A DNA stretch of 64,000 nt from Clostridia bacterium (GCA_045652705.1 JAZRUV010000008.1:24620-88619), one strand, 5' to 3'; positions 26,734 to 35,819 are shown, counted from the first letter of the stretch. Made by a program: numbers and translations. Notes: a model not told the origin generated them from the sequence alone.

Positions 26734-27072
26734 ATGGTTAAGAATATTAAAAACGAAGCTAAAATCAAACTTAATGTTGACGATACTGTTATCGTAAACA
26801 CTGGTGTAGATAAAGGCAAAAAAGGTAAAATACTAAAAGTACTAAGAGCAGACAACAAAGTAATTGTTCAAGGTGTTAACGTTAGAACAAAACACGTTAA
26901 ACCTAGAAAACAAGGTCAAGAATCTGGAATACTTAAAGTTGAATCTCCAGTTCATGTTTCTAAAGTAAATTACTACTGTCCAAAATGTGAAAAAGGTGTA
27001 AAACTTGGAGTTAAAGTTGTTGACGGTAAGAGAATAAGAGTATGCAGAAAATGTAATACTGAAATTAAATAA
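26734..27072 (+). CDS. rplX: 50S ribosomal protein L24 (Cys4-containing C-terminus)
   Basis: The KOW region GDTVIVNTGVDKGKKGKI is present. The C-terminus YYCPKCEKG...VCRKCNTEIK has two CxxC pairs. Confidence 0.93.
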   Translation: MVKNIKNEAKIKLNVDDTVIVNTGVDKGKKGKILKVLRADNKVIVQGVNVRTKHVKPRKQGQESGILKVESPVHVSKVNYYCPKCEKGVKLGVKVVDGKRIRVCRKCNTEIK

Positions 27073-27085
27073 GGAGGACGCATAA

Positions 27086-27625
27086 ATGGATCTTAAAGAA
27101 AGATACATAAAAGAAGTTGTACCTGCATTAATGACTAAATTTAATTACAAATCTGTAATGCAAGTACCTAAACTAGAAAAAATAGTTATAAATATGGGTG
27201 TTTCTGACGTTAAAGATAACTCAAAAGCATTAGATATTGCAATGAAAGATCTTGAAACAATAACAGGACAAAAACCTCTTGTAACAAAAGCTAGAAAATC
27301 TATAGCTGCCTTCAAATTAAGAGAAGGAATGAATATCGGATGCAAAGTAACTCTAAGAAGAGAAAAAATGTACGATTTCGCTACAAGATTATTTAATGTT
27401 GCACTTCCAAGAGTAAGAGATTTCAAAGGTGTACCTGCAAAATCTTTTGACGGAAGAGGAAACTATGCTTTTGGTATCAAAGAGCAAATGATATTCCCAG
27501 AAATTGAATTCGATAAGGTAGATAAAGCACGTGGTATGGATGTTATATTCGTGACAACTGCAAAATCTGATGAAGAAGCTAAAGCTTTATTAGAACTATT
27601 AGGACTACCTTTCGCAAAGAATTAA
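27086..27625 (+). CDS. rplE: 50S ribosomal protein L5
   Basis: LKERY...[13 protein letters not shown]...FDGRGNY.FGI.EQ.IFPEI signature. Confidence 0.98.
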   Translation: MDLKERYIKEVVPALMTKFNYKSVMQVPKLEKIVINMGVSDVKDNSKALDIAMKDLETITGQKPLVTKARKSIAAFKLREGMNIGCKVTLRREKMYDFATRLFNVALPRVRDFKGVPAKSFDGRGNYAFGIKEQMIFPEIEFDKVDKARGMDVIFVTTAKSDEEAKALLELLGLPFAKN

Positions 27626-27637
27626 GGAGGAATTAAG

Positions 27638-27823
27638 ATGGCTAAAAAATCAATGATAGCTAAACAACAAAGAACACCTAAGTTTAGCACAAGATATTAC
27701 AATAGATGTAAATTGTGCGGAAGACCACATGCCTATATAAGAAAATATGGTATCTGCCGTATATGCTTTAGAGAATTAGCATACAAAGGTGAAATACCAG
27801 GTGTTAAAAAGGCTAGCTGGTAG
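27638..27823 (+). CDS. rpsN: 30S ribosomal protein S14 type Z (zinc-binding, 61 aa)
   Basis: [25 protein letters not shown] with two CxxC pairs. Confidence 0.97.
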   Translation: MAKKSMIAKQQRTPKFSTRYYNRCKLCGRPHAYIRKYGICRICFRELAYKGEIPGVKKASW

Positions 27824-27840
27824 TAAGGAGGAACGTAAAA

Positions 27841-28236
27841 ATGAATTTAACAGATCCTATAGCAGATATGTTAACAAGAATAAGAAACGCAGTTAGAGCA
27901 AAACATACAACAGTTGACGTTCCTTATTCTAAAGTTAAAAACGAAATAGCTAAAATTCTACTTGATGAAGGTTTTGTAGCTGACATCGAAACAGTAGAAA
28001 ATGGGGTAAACAAAAATATAAGAATAACTCTTAAATATAAAGATTCTAAATCTGTAATTCAAGGTCTTAAGAGAATATCTAAACCAGGTCTAAGAATATA
28101 TGCAGAAAAAGAAGAATTACCAAGAGTATTAAATGGACTAGGAATTGCAATTATTTCTACATCAAAAGGAATTGTTACAGATAAAGTAGCAAGAAATAAC
28201 AACGTTGGTGGCGAAGTAATGGCATACATCTGGTAG
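27841..28236 (+). CDS. rpsH: 30S ribosomal protein S8
   Basis: [14 protein letters not shown] signature. Confidence 0.98.
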   Translation: MNLTDPIADMLTRIRNAVRAKHTTVDVPYSKVKNEIAKILLDEGFVADIETVENGVNKNIRITLKYKDSKSVIQGLKRISKPGLRIYAEKEELPRVLNGLGIAIISTSKGIVTDKVARNNNVGGEVMAYIW

Positions 28237-28254
28237 TAAGGGAGGAAAAGTATA

Positions 28255-28791
28255 ATGTCTAGAATAGGAAATAAACCTATAACACTTCCAGCAGGTGCAG
28301 AATGTACAGTTACTGGAAATCACGTTGTAGTAAAAGGACCAAAAGGAACTCTAGAAATGGACGCTGTAAAAGAAATTGCAGTTAAAGTTGAAGGTTCTGA
28401 AATTATAGTTACTAGAGATAGTGACGCACACAAAGCATTACATGGACTAACTAGATCCCTTATAGCAAATATGGTTACTGGTGTAACTGAAGGTTTCGAA
28501 AAGAAACTTGAAATAAACGGTGTTGGTTACAGAGCAGCTAAACAAGGAAACAAACTTGTTTTAACTCTAGGATACTCTCATCCAGTTGAAGTTGAAGATA
28601 CTGCAACTGTTAAAACTGAAGTACCTGACCCTAACACAATACTTGTTAAAGGAATCAACAAACAAGAAGTTGGTCAATTTGCAGCAGAAATCAGAGAATA
28701 CAGATTACCTGAACCATACAAGGGCAAAGGAATCAAATATTCTGATGAAAGAATAAGAAGAAAAGAAGGAAAAGCCGGCGGCAAGAAGTAA
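28255..28791 (+). CDS. rplF: 50S ribosomal protein L6
   Basis: [11 protein letters not shown]......V.VKGPKG and GVGYRA signatures. Confidence 0.98.
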   Translation: MSRIGNKPITLPAGAECTVTGNHVVVKGPKGTLEMDAVKEIAVKVEGSEIIVTRDSDAHKALHGLTRSLIANMVTGVTEGFEKKLEINGVGYRAAKQGNKLVLTLGYSHPVEVEDTATVKTEVPDPNTILVKGINKQEVGQFAAEIREYRLPEPYKGKGIKYSDERIRRKEGKAGGKK

Positions 28792-28803
28792 GGAGGATAA
28801 AAA

Positions 28804-29163
28804 ATGAGAAGTAGAGATAGCAAAGAGTCAAAAAGACTTGCAAGACAAAAAAGAGTAAGAGCTACTGTTAAAGGTACATCTTCTAGACCAAGACTTTGCG
28901 TATTTAAAAGTTTAACTAATATATACGCACAAGTTATAGATGATGAAAACCAAGTTACACTTGTTTCTGCCTCAACTTTGGATGCCGACGTAAAAACTAA
29001 AGCTTCTAACGTTGAAGCAGCTAAAGAAGTGGGAACACTTGTTGCAAAACGTGCACTAGAAAAGAAAATAGATACAGTAGTATTTGATAGAAATGGTTAC
29101 TTATACCATGGAAAAGTTAAAGAATTAGCAGAAGCTGCAAGAGCAGCAGGACTTAAGTTTTAA
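28804..29163 (+). CDS. rplR: 50S ribosomal protein L18
   Basis: [18 protein letters not shown]...[20 protein letters not shown] signature. Confidence 0.97.
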   Translation: MRSRDSKESKRLARQKRVRATVKGTSSRPRLCVFKSLTNIYAQVIDDENQVTLVSASTLDADVKTKASNVEAAKEVGTLVAKRALEKKIDTVVFDRNGYLYHGKVKELAEAARAAGLKF

Positions 29164-29183
29164 GGTTAGGAGGAAAATGTGTA

Positions 29184-29717
29184 ATGACTGATACAAAGAA
29201 ACAAAGCAGACCACGTAGAGAAAGAAGAGAAGAAGTTAAACCTGAATTCAAAGAAAAAGTTGTTTACGTTGGCCGTGTAGCTAAAGTTGTTAAAGGTGGA
29301 AGAACTTTTAGATTTAGCGTACTTGTAGTTGTTGGTGATGAAAAAGGAAGAATTGGTGTTGGTTCAGGAAAAGCGTCAGAAGTTCCAGAAGCAATCAAAA
29401 AAGCTACAGATGCAGCTAAGAAAAATCTAGTAAACGTTCCTATCGTTAAAGGAACAGTACCTCACGAATATACTAAAAAACTTGGTTCTTCAATAGTAAT
29501 TATCAAGCCAGCTCCAGAAGGTACAGGTGTTATCGCTGGTGGAGCAGTAAGACCAGTTCTTGAACTTGCAGGAGTTAAGAATGTTACAGCTAAAACATTA
29601 GGTTCTCGTAACAGCAGAAACGTAGTACTTGCTACAGTAGCAGCACTTCAAGAAATGAGAACAGCTGAACAAGTGGCTGAAGCTAGAGGAATTACAGTAG
29701 AAAAATTATTCAAATAA
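29184..29717 (+). CDS. rpsE: 30S ribosomal protein S5
   Basis: [36 protein letters not shown] signature. Confidence 0.97.
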   Translation: MTDTKKQSRPRRERREEVKPEFKEKVVYVGRVAKVVKGGRTFRFSVLVVVGDEKGRIGVGSGKASEVPEAIKKATDAAKKNLVNVPIVKGTVPHEYTKKLGSSIVIIKPAPEGTGVIAGGAVRPVLELAGVKNVTAKTLGSRNSRNVVLATVAALQEMRTAEQVAEARGITVEKLFK

Positions 29718-29742
29718 TAGTGTAGGAAGGAGGATTACCTAA

Positions 29743-30180
29743 ATGGAAATGCATGATTTAGGACCAGCTGTAAAAGCTAAATCTCGCAGTAGAGTTGGTC
29801 GTGGAATTGGTAGCGGTAACGGAAAAACTGCTGGTAAAGGACACAAAGGTCAAAAAGCTAGAACAGGTGGAAAAATAAGAAGAGGATTCGAAGGAGGACA
29901 AACTCCTTTATACAGAAGAATTCCAAAACGTGGATTCAACAATATATTTAGTATCGAATATGCAACTGTTAATGTTTCAGATTTAGAAAGATTTGAAGAA
30001 GGAACAGTAGTTAATATGGAACTTCTATTAAATGAAGGAATAGTAAGAAAAGAATTAGCAGGACTTAAAGTTCTAGGTAATGGAAACTTAACTAAAAAAC
30101 TTACAGTTGAAGCTAAAAAATTCACAGCATCAGCTAAAGAAAAGATAGAAGCAGTAGGTGGAAAGATAGAGGTGAAATAG
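29743..30180 (+). CDS. rplO: 50S ribosomal protein L15
   Basis: [24 protein letters not shown] signature. It follows rpsE after only 25 nt, so there is no rpmD. Confidence 0.97.
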   Translation: MEMHDLGPAVKAKSRSRVGRGIGSGNGKTAGKGHKGQKARTGGKIRRGFEGGQTPLYRRIPKRGFNNIFSIEYATVNVSDLERFEEGTVVNMELLLNEGIVRKELAGLKVLGNGNLTKKLTVEAKKFTASAKEKIEAVGGKIEVK

Positions 30181-30181
30181 T

Positions 30182-31492
30182 ATGTTTGATACTCTAAAAA
30201 AGATGTTTACAGTAAAAGACATCAGAAAAAAAATACTATACACAATATTTATTATTATATTATTCCGTATAGGTACATATATAACTGTACCAGGAATAAA
30301 TAAACTTGCATTCGTAGAAGCAGTAGAGGCACAATCTGGAGGAATATTAGGTACAATTAATATTATTTCCGGTGGTGCGTTCAACAGACTTTCTATATTT
30401 GCAATGACAATATCACCATATATTACTGCATCGATCGTATTAAACCTTTTGCAAACAGTAGTACCGTCTTTAGAAAAACTTGCTAAAGAAGGTGAAACTG
30501 GTAGACAAAAGCTAGCACAATACACAAAGTTATTAACAATAGCATTTGCAGTAGTTGAGGCGATAGGATTATACTTAAATTATAAAACATATTTATTACC
30601 AGCTATGTCATATGGTATTTACCAAGTGTTTGGTATGATATTATTTGTAGTTTGCTTAACAGCTGGTACAGCACTACTTATGTGGTTATCAGATAAAATT
30701 ACAGAAAACGGAATTGGTAATGGTACTTCAATGATTATCTTCGTTGGTATCGTATCTGGAGCACCAGGTGCAATTACAGCATTATCTGCTTTTGCAGCAC
30801 AAAGTAAATGGAACATTTTACTTGTTATAGCGGTAGTTATAGCATTTGTAATACTTCTTGGTGGAGTAATATTTGTACAACAAGCTGAAAGAAGAATACC
30901 AGTAAACTATGCAAAAAGAGTTGTTGGTAGAAAAATGTTTGGTGGACAAAACACTCATATACCACTAAAAGTGGCTATGGCGGGAGTTATGCCAATAATA
31001 TTTGCTATGTCATTTATGATGATACCAGCAACAATAATACAACTTGTAACTAAAGGTGCAGCAACAGGATTTTGGGGAGCAGTTCTTAAAGTTTGTTCAG
31101 CATCTACAGAATCAATTTGGTACTTAGTTGCTTATGCAGTAATTTACATGTTATTAATAGTAGGATTTACATTTGTATACACAATGTTTACTGTGAATCC
31201 TGTGGAAATGTCTAACAATTTAAAACAAAATGGTGGATTCATTCCTGGAATTAGAGCAGGTAAAAATACAGCAGAATATATAAACAAAGTACTAAAAAAT
31301 ATAACTTGGGCAGGAGCAGTGTTCCTAGCACTAGTTGCGGTATTACCAGTTGTATGTCAAGCAGCAATGCCAAGCTTAAGTATATCTTTTGGAGGAACAT
31401 CAATACTTATCGTAGTAAGTGTTGCATTAGAAACTCTTAAAGTTATTGAATCACAAATGGTAAGCAGACATTATGATGGTTTCTTAAACTAA
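30182..31492 (+). CDS. secY: preprotein translocase subunit SecY
   Basis: 436 aa multi-pass membrane protein. The RIGTYITVPGIN and GGAFNRLSIFAMTISPYITASI signatures are present. Confidence 0.97.
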   Translation: MFDTLKKMFTVKDIRKKILYTIFIIILFRIGTYITVPGINKLAFVEAVEAQSGGILGTINIISGGAFNRLSIFAMTISPYITASIVLNLLQTVVPSLEKLAKEGETGRQKLAQYTKLLTIAFAVVEAIGLYLNYKTYLLPAMSYGIYQVFGMILFVVCLTAGTALLMWLSDKITENGIGNGTSMIIFVGIVSGAPGAITALSAFAAQSKWNILLVIAVVIAFVILLGGVIFVQQAERRIPVNYAKRVVGRKMFGGQNTHIPLKVAMAGVMPIIFAMSFMMIPATIIQLVTKGAATGFWGAVLKVCSASTESIWYLVAYAVIYMLLIVGFTFVYTMFTVNPVEMSNNLKQNGGFIPGIRAGKNTAEYINKVLKNITWAGAVFLALVAVLPVVCQAAMPSLSISFGGTSILIVVSVALETLKVIESQMVSRHYDGFLN

Positions 31493-31614
31493 CACTCAAG
31501 TGTGAGTAAGTATAATATATACAAAAATATAATAAAAAAGGTTGTTCGAGGTTTATACTTTGGGCATCTTTTTTTGTCGAAAATCATCTGTTTTTGCAAG
31601 TTTTATGTAATCTA

Positions 31615-31643
31615 TTTACTTTTCTTCCTTACTGTGATATAAT
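31615..31643 (+). promoter_or_regulatory. extended -10 promoter of the inserted ORF 31694
   Basis: TTTACT, 17-nt spacer, TGa-TATAAT. Confidence 0.5.
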
Positions 31644-31693
31644 ATATAAAGTTGATTTTATGCTCTAAAATAAATATTATAGGAGGAACAAGA

Positions 31694-32038
31694 ATGTTAG
31701 ACACTAAAGTTAAAGCAAGAGATGAGGGTGAGAATAACAAATCAATGCTTCGAGCTGTAGGGGTAGCAACATGTATTCGGCCCGCTGCAAATGTTTCCGG
31801 TATTCGGAAAGCAATGAACGGGTTGGCTGTTGTAGCATGCGGTATGCAGTATGGCGTTAACGCTGGTGAACGTATTGTGCTAGCTCCACAGTTCGAATCA
31901 GTTATTCTTTTGGAAAACGGTTGGATGGTGGCGTCCAGATATGGTATTTATAATATATACGACCGGGAGGGAAACATCTATAAAGGCCTTTCATTTCTTA
32001 AGGAGGAAAATGCAATTAAGTTTGCTAAAACTCTTTAA
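31694..32038 (+). CDS. hypothetical protein (114 aa), GC-richer insert between secY and adk
   Basis: ATG 31694 lies 7 nt after AGGAGG; the track start at 31652 is a TTG without an RBS. I make no confident motif call, although the C-terminal ENGWMVASRYGIYNIYDREGN is faintly WG/KWG-repeat-like. Confidence 0.55.
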   Translation: MLDTKVKARDEGENNKSMLRAVGVATCIRPAANVSGIRKAMNGLAVVACGMQYGVNAGERIVLAPQFESVILLENGWMVASRYGIYNIYDREGNIYKGLSFLKEENAIKFAKTL

Positions 32039-32040
32039 AA

Positions 32041-32075
32041 ATATGATGGTGAGAATTCACCATCATATTTTTTTC
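32041..32075 (+). terminator. Rho-independent terminator
   Basis: 12-bp stem atatgatggtga/tcaccatcatat, 4-nt loop, T7. Confidence 0.85.
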
Positions 32076-32199
32076 CACAACTTCACACATTTAAATTGTA
32101 ATTGGTACAAAATTATATCGTATAATGTAGGTGTAGTAAGCAGTTACTACATTCATACACAAATGAATACATTTTCCCCTTAAGAGAGCAGCTGCTCTC

Positions 32200-32715
32200 T
32201 TAAATTTTGTTTAGATACATAGTTATCAAATAGTTATATTTTATAGCATGTTTCATTTCATCGGTCATAATATATAAAATTTTGTTATACAGTTCTTTGT
32301 TTGGCATATATGTTAAAATTTCTCTATATTTTTCTACAGCTTTTAATTCTCCCATAAAAGCCTTTTTAATACCATCTATATATGTTATCTTTGGATAATT
32401 TGTAGTTTCTGGCAAATTTGGTAAAACTACACCAGTAAGTTCTGTAAATACCTCCCTAAGTATTCTATTATGTATTTTTTCATCATCTCTTATGTTTGTT
32501 ATAATTTCTTTTGCTTCTTCTGTTGGTGCCATATTAATTAAGACTTCGTACATAGCTGCATCTTCTGCTTCGTCTGAAATAGAGTTCTTTACCATAGTAA
32601 CTGCAGTATTTAAATTGTATTGAGTACTTTTGTTTGTAAAATCTAATATCCAAGGTAGATTTTGCCTTGTTATATAATAATCGTCATAATTTGAATAATA
32701 GTTAAAGTAATCCAT
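32200..32715 (-). CDS. ferritin-like / rubrerythrin-like diiron four-helix-bundle protein
   Basis: 171 aa with two E...ExxH pairs: EAEDAAMYE...DDEKIH and GELKAVEKY...TDEMKH. It is native-like and AT-rich. Confidence 0.65.
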   Translation of the reverse strand: MDYFNYYSNYDDYYITRQNLPWILDFTNKSTQYNLNTAVTMVKNSISDEAEDAAMYEVLINMAPTEEAKEIITNIRDDEKIHNRILREVFTELTGVVLPNLPETTNYPKITYIDGIKKAFMGELKAVEKYREILTYMPNKELYNKILYIMTDEMKHAIKYNYLITMYLNKI

Positions 32716-32818
32716 AATATACCTCCAATTTATATTATGATACCTCTTTTAATATTGTTACTTTTCTTTACTTTAGCATAAAATTATTATATAATATTAA
32801 AGTGTTCAGGAGGTATTT

Positions 32819-33475
32819 ATGGTAATAGTAATGCTTGGTGCTCAAGGAAGCGGTAAAGGTACAGTAGGCGTGGCTCTTGCAGAAGAGTTAAAGCTTGTGT
32901 ACATATCTACAGGAGAAATATTTAGAGAACATATACAAAAAGAAACTGGATTAGGAATAGAAGCTAATAAATATATATCGGCTGGTAATTTAGTTCCAGA
33001 TGAACTTACTACAAGAATATTGCAAGACAGACTTTCAAAACAAGATGTAATAGATAATGGAGCACTAATAGATGGATATCCAAGAACAGAAGAACAATGC
33101 AAAAAGCTAGATGAGATGTTAGAAACACAAAATAAAAAAGTGGATTTAGCCATTAATTTATCTGTAGATTATGACGAGCTAATTAGAAGAATTACAAACA
33201 GAAGACTATGTAAAGCTTGTAAGAAAGGTTATAATATAGAATATAATCCGCCAAAAGTCCAAGGTGTTTGTGATTTGTGTGGTGGAGAAGTTATACAAAG
33301 AGCCGACGACATTCCAAGCGCAGTTAAGAATAGATTAGATATTTACTATTCAAATGAAAAACCTGTTTTAGAGTATTACAAAAACAGTGGAGTGCTTAGA
33401 ATAGAAAAAGCAGGAGATAAAGTAGGAAGAACATCTAAAGATGTAACTGAAGATTTATTAAAAGAGTTAAAGTAG
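32819..33475 (+). CDS. adk: adenylate kinase (zinc-lid type)
   Basis: P-loop GAQGSGKGT and a lid with CKACKK...CDLCGG. Confidence 0.96.
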   Translation: MVIVMLGAQGSGKGTVGVALAEELKLVYISTGEIFREHIQKETGLGIEANKYISAGNLVPDELTTRILQDRLSKQDVIDNGALIDGYPRTEEQCKKLDEMLETQNKKVDLAINLSVDYDELIRRITNRRLCKACKKGYNIEYNPPKVQGVCDLCGGEVIQRADDIPSAVKNRLDIYYSNEKPVLEYYKNSGVLRIEKAGDKVGRTSKDVTEDLLKELK

Positions 33476-33487
33476 AGGAAGATAATA

Positions 33488-34252
33488 ATGATATATATAA
33501 AATCTAAAAAAGATATTGAAGCTATGAAGGTCCCAGCAGAAATAATGAAAGAAGTTTTAAAAGAGATAGAAAAAAATATACGTGAAGGTGTTACGACAGC
33601 ATATTTAGATTATGTTGCGGAAAACGTAATGCTAAAACATGGGGCAATTCCATCTTTTAGAGGTGTAGAATGTCCATATAAAGGTGGCAAAACATATACA
33701 CACGCTACTTGTATAAGTGTAAACGAAGATATAATACACGGAATACCAAATTCAAAACCTTTAAAAAAAGGCGATGTTGTAAGCGTAGATGTTGGAGTAT
33801 ATAAAGGTGGGTTCCATGCAGATGCTGGCCGTACATTTATAGTAGGAGAGGGCTCTGCACTTGCTAAAAAATTAGTTAAAGTAACAGAGCAAGCATTCTT
33901 TGCTGGAGTAGATCAAGCAGTAGCAGGTAATAGAATTGGAGATATTTCAAACGCTATACAAACAGTAGTAGAAAATGCTGGATTTAATCTTTTAAGAGAA
34001 TATCAAGGACATGGAATAGGAAGGGAAATGCATGAAGACCCGGGTGTACCAAACATTGGTAAAAAAGGCAGAGGAGAGAGACTACAAGTTGGCATGGCTT
34101 TAGCCATTGAACCGATGGTTGTAGTAGGCTCGCCAGAAATTGTTGTAGGAAAAGATAAATGGACTGTTTCTACAAGAGATAGAAAACTATCTGCATATTA
34201 CGAAAACACAATTGTAATAACAGAAGATGGAGCAGAAATATTAACATTGTAA
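33488..34252 (+). CDS. map: type I methionine aminopeptidase
   Basis: Metal ligands appear in the typical context: VSVDVG, HADAGRTF, GHGIGREMHE, LAIEPM, YENT. Confidence 0.96.
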   Translation: MIYIKSKKDIEAMKVPAEIMKEVLKEIEKNIREGVTTAYLDYVAENVMLKHGAIPSFRGVECPYKGGKTYTHATCISVNEDIIHGIPNSKPLKKGDVVSVDVGVYKGGFHADAGRTFIVGEGSALAKKLVKVTEQAFFAGVDQAVAGNRIGDISNAIQTVVENAGFNLLREYQGHGIGREMHEDPGVPNIGKKGRGERLQVGMALAIEPMVVVGSPEIVVGKDKWTVSTRDRKLSAYYENTIVITEDGAEILTL

Positions 34253-34375
34253 TTTAAAAGTAGCGTGTATTTGAGTAATCTTATGCACGTTATTTGCTGA
34301 GAAAATTAACATCACCTGTTGACTTTCATTTTTGTTTAGTATAAACTAAATACATAATAAAGGGGAATAAAACAA

Positions 34376-34438
34376 ATGAGAAATGTTGAAAGCCTTGGGG
34401 CTGTAGAGAGAGAGAGAGAGAGAGAGAGAGAACACTAA
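34376..34438 (+). CDS. candidate 20-aa leader peptide containing the (AG)13 tract
   Basis: ATG 34376 lies 10 nt after AAAGGGG. The translation is MRNVESLGAVERERERERERE-H-stop. There is no independent support for this ORF. Confidence 0.3.
   Translation: MRNVESLGAVEREREREREH
34405..34431. repeat. (AG)13 dinucleotide microsatellite
   Basis: Read directly from the sequence: agagagagagagagagagagagagaga. Confidence 0.98.
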
Positions 34439-34483
34439 CTAATAGTGTTCTAAGTTGTCGTACCCTAAATAGTAAAATAAAAA

Positions 34484-34529
34484 GCAAGGTTAGCATAGAG
34501 TAAATATCTATGTTGGCTTTGCTCTTTTT
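34484..34529 (+). terminator. terminator/attenuator hairpin directly upstream of the pilin-like gene RBS
   Basis: 16-bp stem gcaaggttagcataga/tctatgttggctttgc. Four of the pairs are G-U and so form only in plus-strand RNA. The loop is 7 nt and is followed by tctttttg. The RBS starts 12 nt later. Confidence 0.6.
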
Positions 34530-34556
34530 GCATGCAAAAAAGGAGGAGGTAAAAAT

Positions 34557-35819
34557 ATGCAAAACAAAAAGGCGGTATCATTAGTGGTACTAGTAATAAC
34601 AATAATAGTAATGATAATACTAGCAGGAACAATTATTCTATCAATAAACAACAGTGGAATAATAGAAAAAGCACAAAATGCAGTAGATGAAACAAATCTA
34701 CAAGAAGTGCAAACGTTAGCATCATTAAAGTGGGCAGAAGCATTCGTGGATGGTAATATAACACAAGAACAATTAGAAGAGGAAGTATTAAAAAGATTAA
34801 ATGAGGAAAATTTAGATTTAACACCATATGAAATAACAGTAACAGAAGATGGAGTAACAGTTGCTTTAAAAGGAAGTACAAAAGCATTTTGGGTACAAGA
34901 AGGACTAACAGTAACAAATGGGACAAATGTATTAACAATAGGAGATACAATAGCATATGATGAAACAAATGGAGGAAGCATAACAGGACTAACAGATGTA
35001 GAGTGGGCGGTATTAGGTGCAAATGATAAAGGCGAACTATTAATAATGTCAACAAGTAATGTAGTATCCTCATATAGATTAGGCTATGAGTCAACAATCA
35101 CAGACAGTGCAGCACAATTAGAAGAAAACCAAAATGATTGGTTAACTGGACCACAACAATTAGACAAACTTTGCGCGCCATATGGAAAAGGAGAAGGAGC
35201 AACAAGTGCAAGAAGCATAAGAGTAGAAGATATAAATAAAGTGACAGGATATGACCCGGAAACGGCGGGATTTGGAGAAGGCGAACTATCTGAATATGGA
35301 AACGAAGTAACATATTCATATAATGGGACAACAAATCCAGCATATTCAGGAAGTAATGGAGTGGCAGGAACATTAACTGATACGCACAATAATTTCTATT
35401 ATTATGACGGAGAAAAATTTGTAACAATAAGTGACTTAACGACAGGAACAAGTGGAACAACATTTGCAACGTTAAAGTCAATTAGTTATTCCTACTATCC
35501 AACGACTCTAACAAACAGTTCAGCAGGAGAGTTAAAAGGGATAGGCAAAGATACAAAAGCATATATAATGTTATTTAGAAATAGTGAAAACACATCAAAC
35601 GTGAACTATTGGCTTGCCTCTCCTTGTGTTTATACGGCCTTTTTCAATGTTATGTTCAGCATGAGATATCTGTATGACGGTCATGTCAGTGGGCATAGAT
35701 TGTGGGATTCGGATGGGTACGCCCTCTACGACTTAGATTCTCATGGCGTGCGTGCGGTAGTTTCTTTGAGCTCAGATATCCAGCTTGCAGGAGCGTCTGA
35801 TACAGGATGGAGTTTCTAG
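34557..35819 (+). CDS. orphan pilin-like protein (420 aa) with degenerate class III signal-like N-terminus
   Basis: MQNKKA-VSLVVLVITIIVMIILAGTIILS...GIIEKAQNA parallels the type IV pilin pattern K-G-FTLIELLVVIAIIGILAA...kA but lacks Gly-1 and Glu+5. A strong AGGAGGAGG RBS is present. Confidence 0.65.
   Translation: MQNKKAVSLVVLVITIIVMIILAGTIILSINNSGIIEKAQNAVDETNLQEVQTLASLKWAEAFVDGNITQEQLEEEVLKRLNEENLDLTPYEITVTEDGVTVALKGSTKAFWVQEGLTVTNGTNVLTIGDTIAYDETNGGSITGLTDVEWAVLGANDKGELLIMSTSNVVSSYRLGYESTITDSAAQLEENQNDWLTGPQQLDKLCAPYGKGEGATSARSIRVEDINKVTGYDPETAGFGEGELSEYGNEVTYSYNGTTNPAYSGSNGVAGTLTDTHNNFYYYDGEKFVTISDLTTGTSGTTFATLKSISYSYYPTTLTNSSAGELKGIGKDTKAYIMLFRNSENTSNVNYWLASPCVYTAFFNVMFSMRYLYDGHVSGHRLWDSDGYALYDLDSHGVRAVVSLSSDIQLAGASDTGWSF

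Noticed and set aside
32096-32210. Candidate ~85-nt sRNA: TTGTAA...TATAAT followed by hairpins gtagtaa/ttactac and attcat/atgaat, then the 24-nt perfect palindrome ttaagagagcagctgctctcttaa.
   Set aside because: The promoter spacer is 19 nt, which is poor. The hairpins lie immediately downstream of the convergent ferritin-like gene, whose stop codon is inside the palindrome. The simplest reading is that this is the gene's 3' end/terminator region.
34405-34431. The (AG)13 tract as a CRISPR-like or other array, or as a sequencing artefact.
   Set aside because: It is a single simple dinucleotide microsatellite with no spacers, so it is not CRISPR. An artefact cannot be excluded from the sequence alone, but the tract is embedded in otherwise normal unique sequence, so I kept it as a finding that needs read-level confirmation.
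34326-35481. Minus-strand ORFs 34326-34562, 34508-34981, 34633-35097, 35084-35389 and 35098-35481, some with LSLSLS or L/H-rich translations.
   Set aside because: They are antisense to the pilin-like gene or run across the (AG)13 tract. They have extreme low-complexity composition and no RBS.
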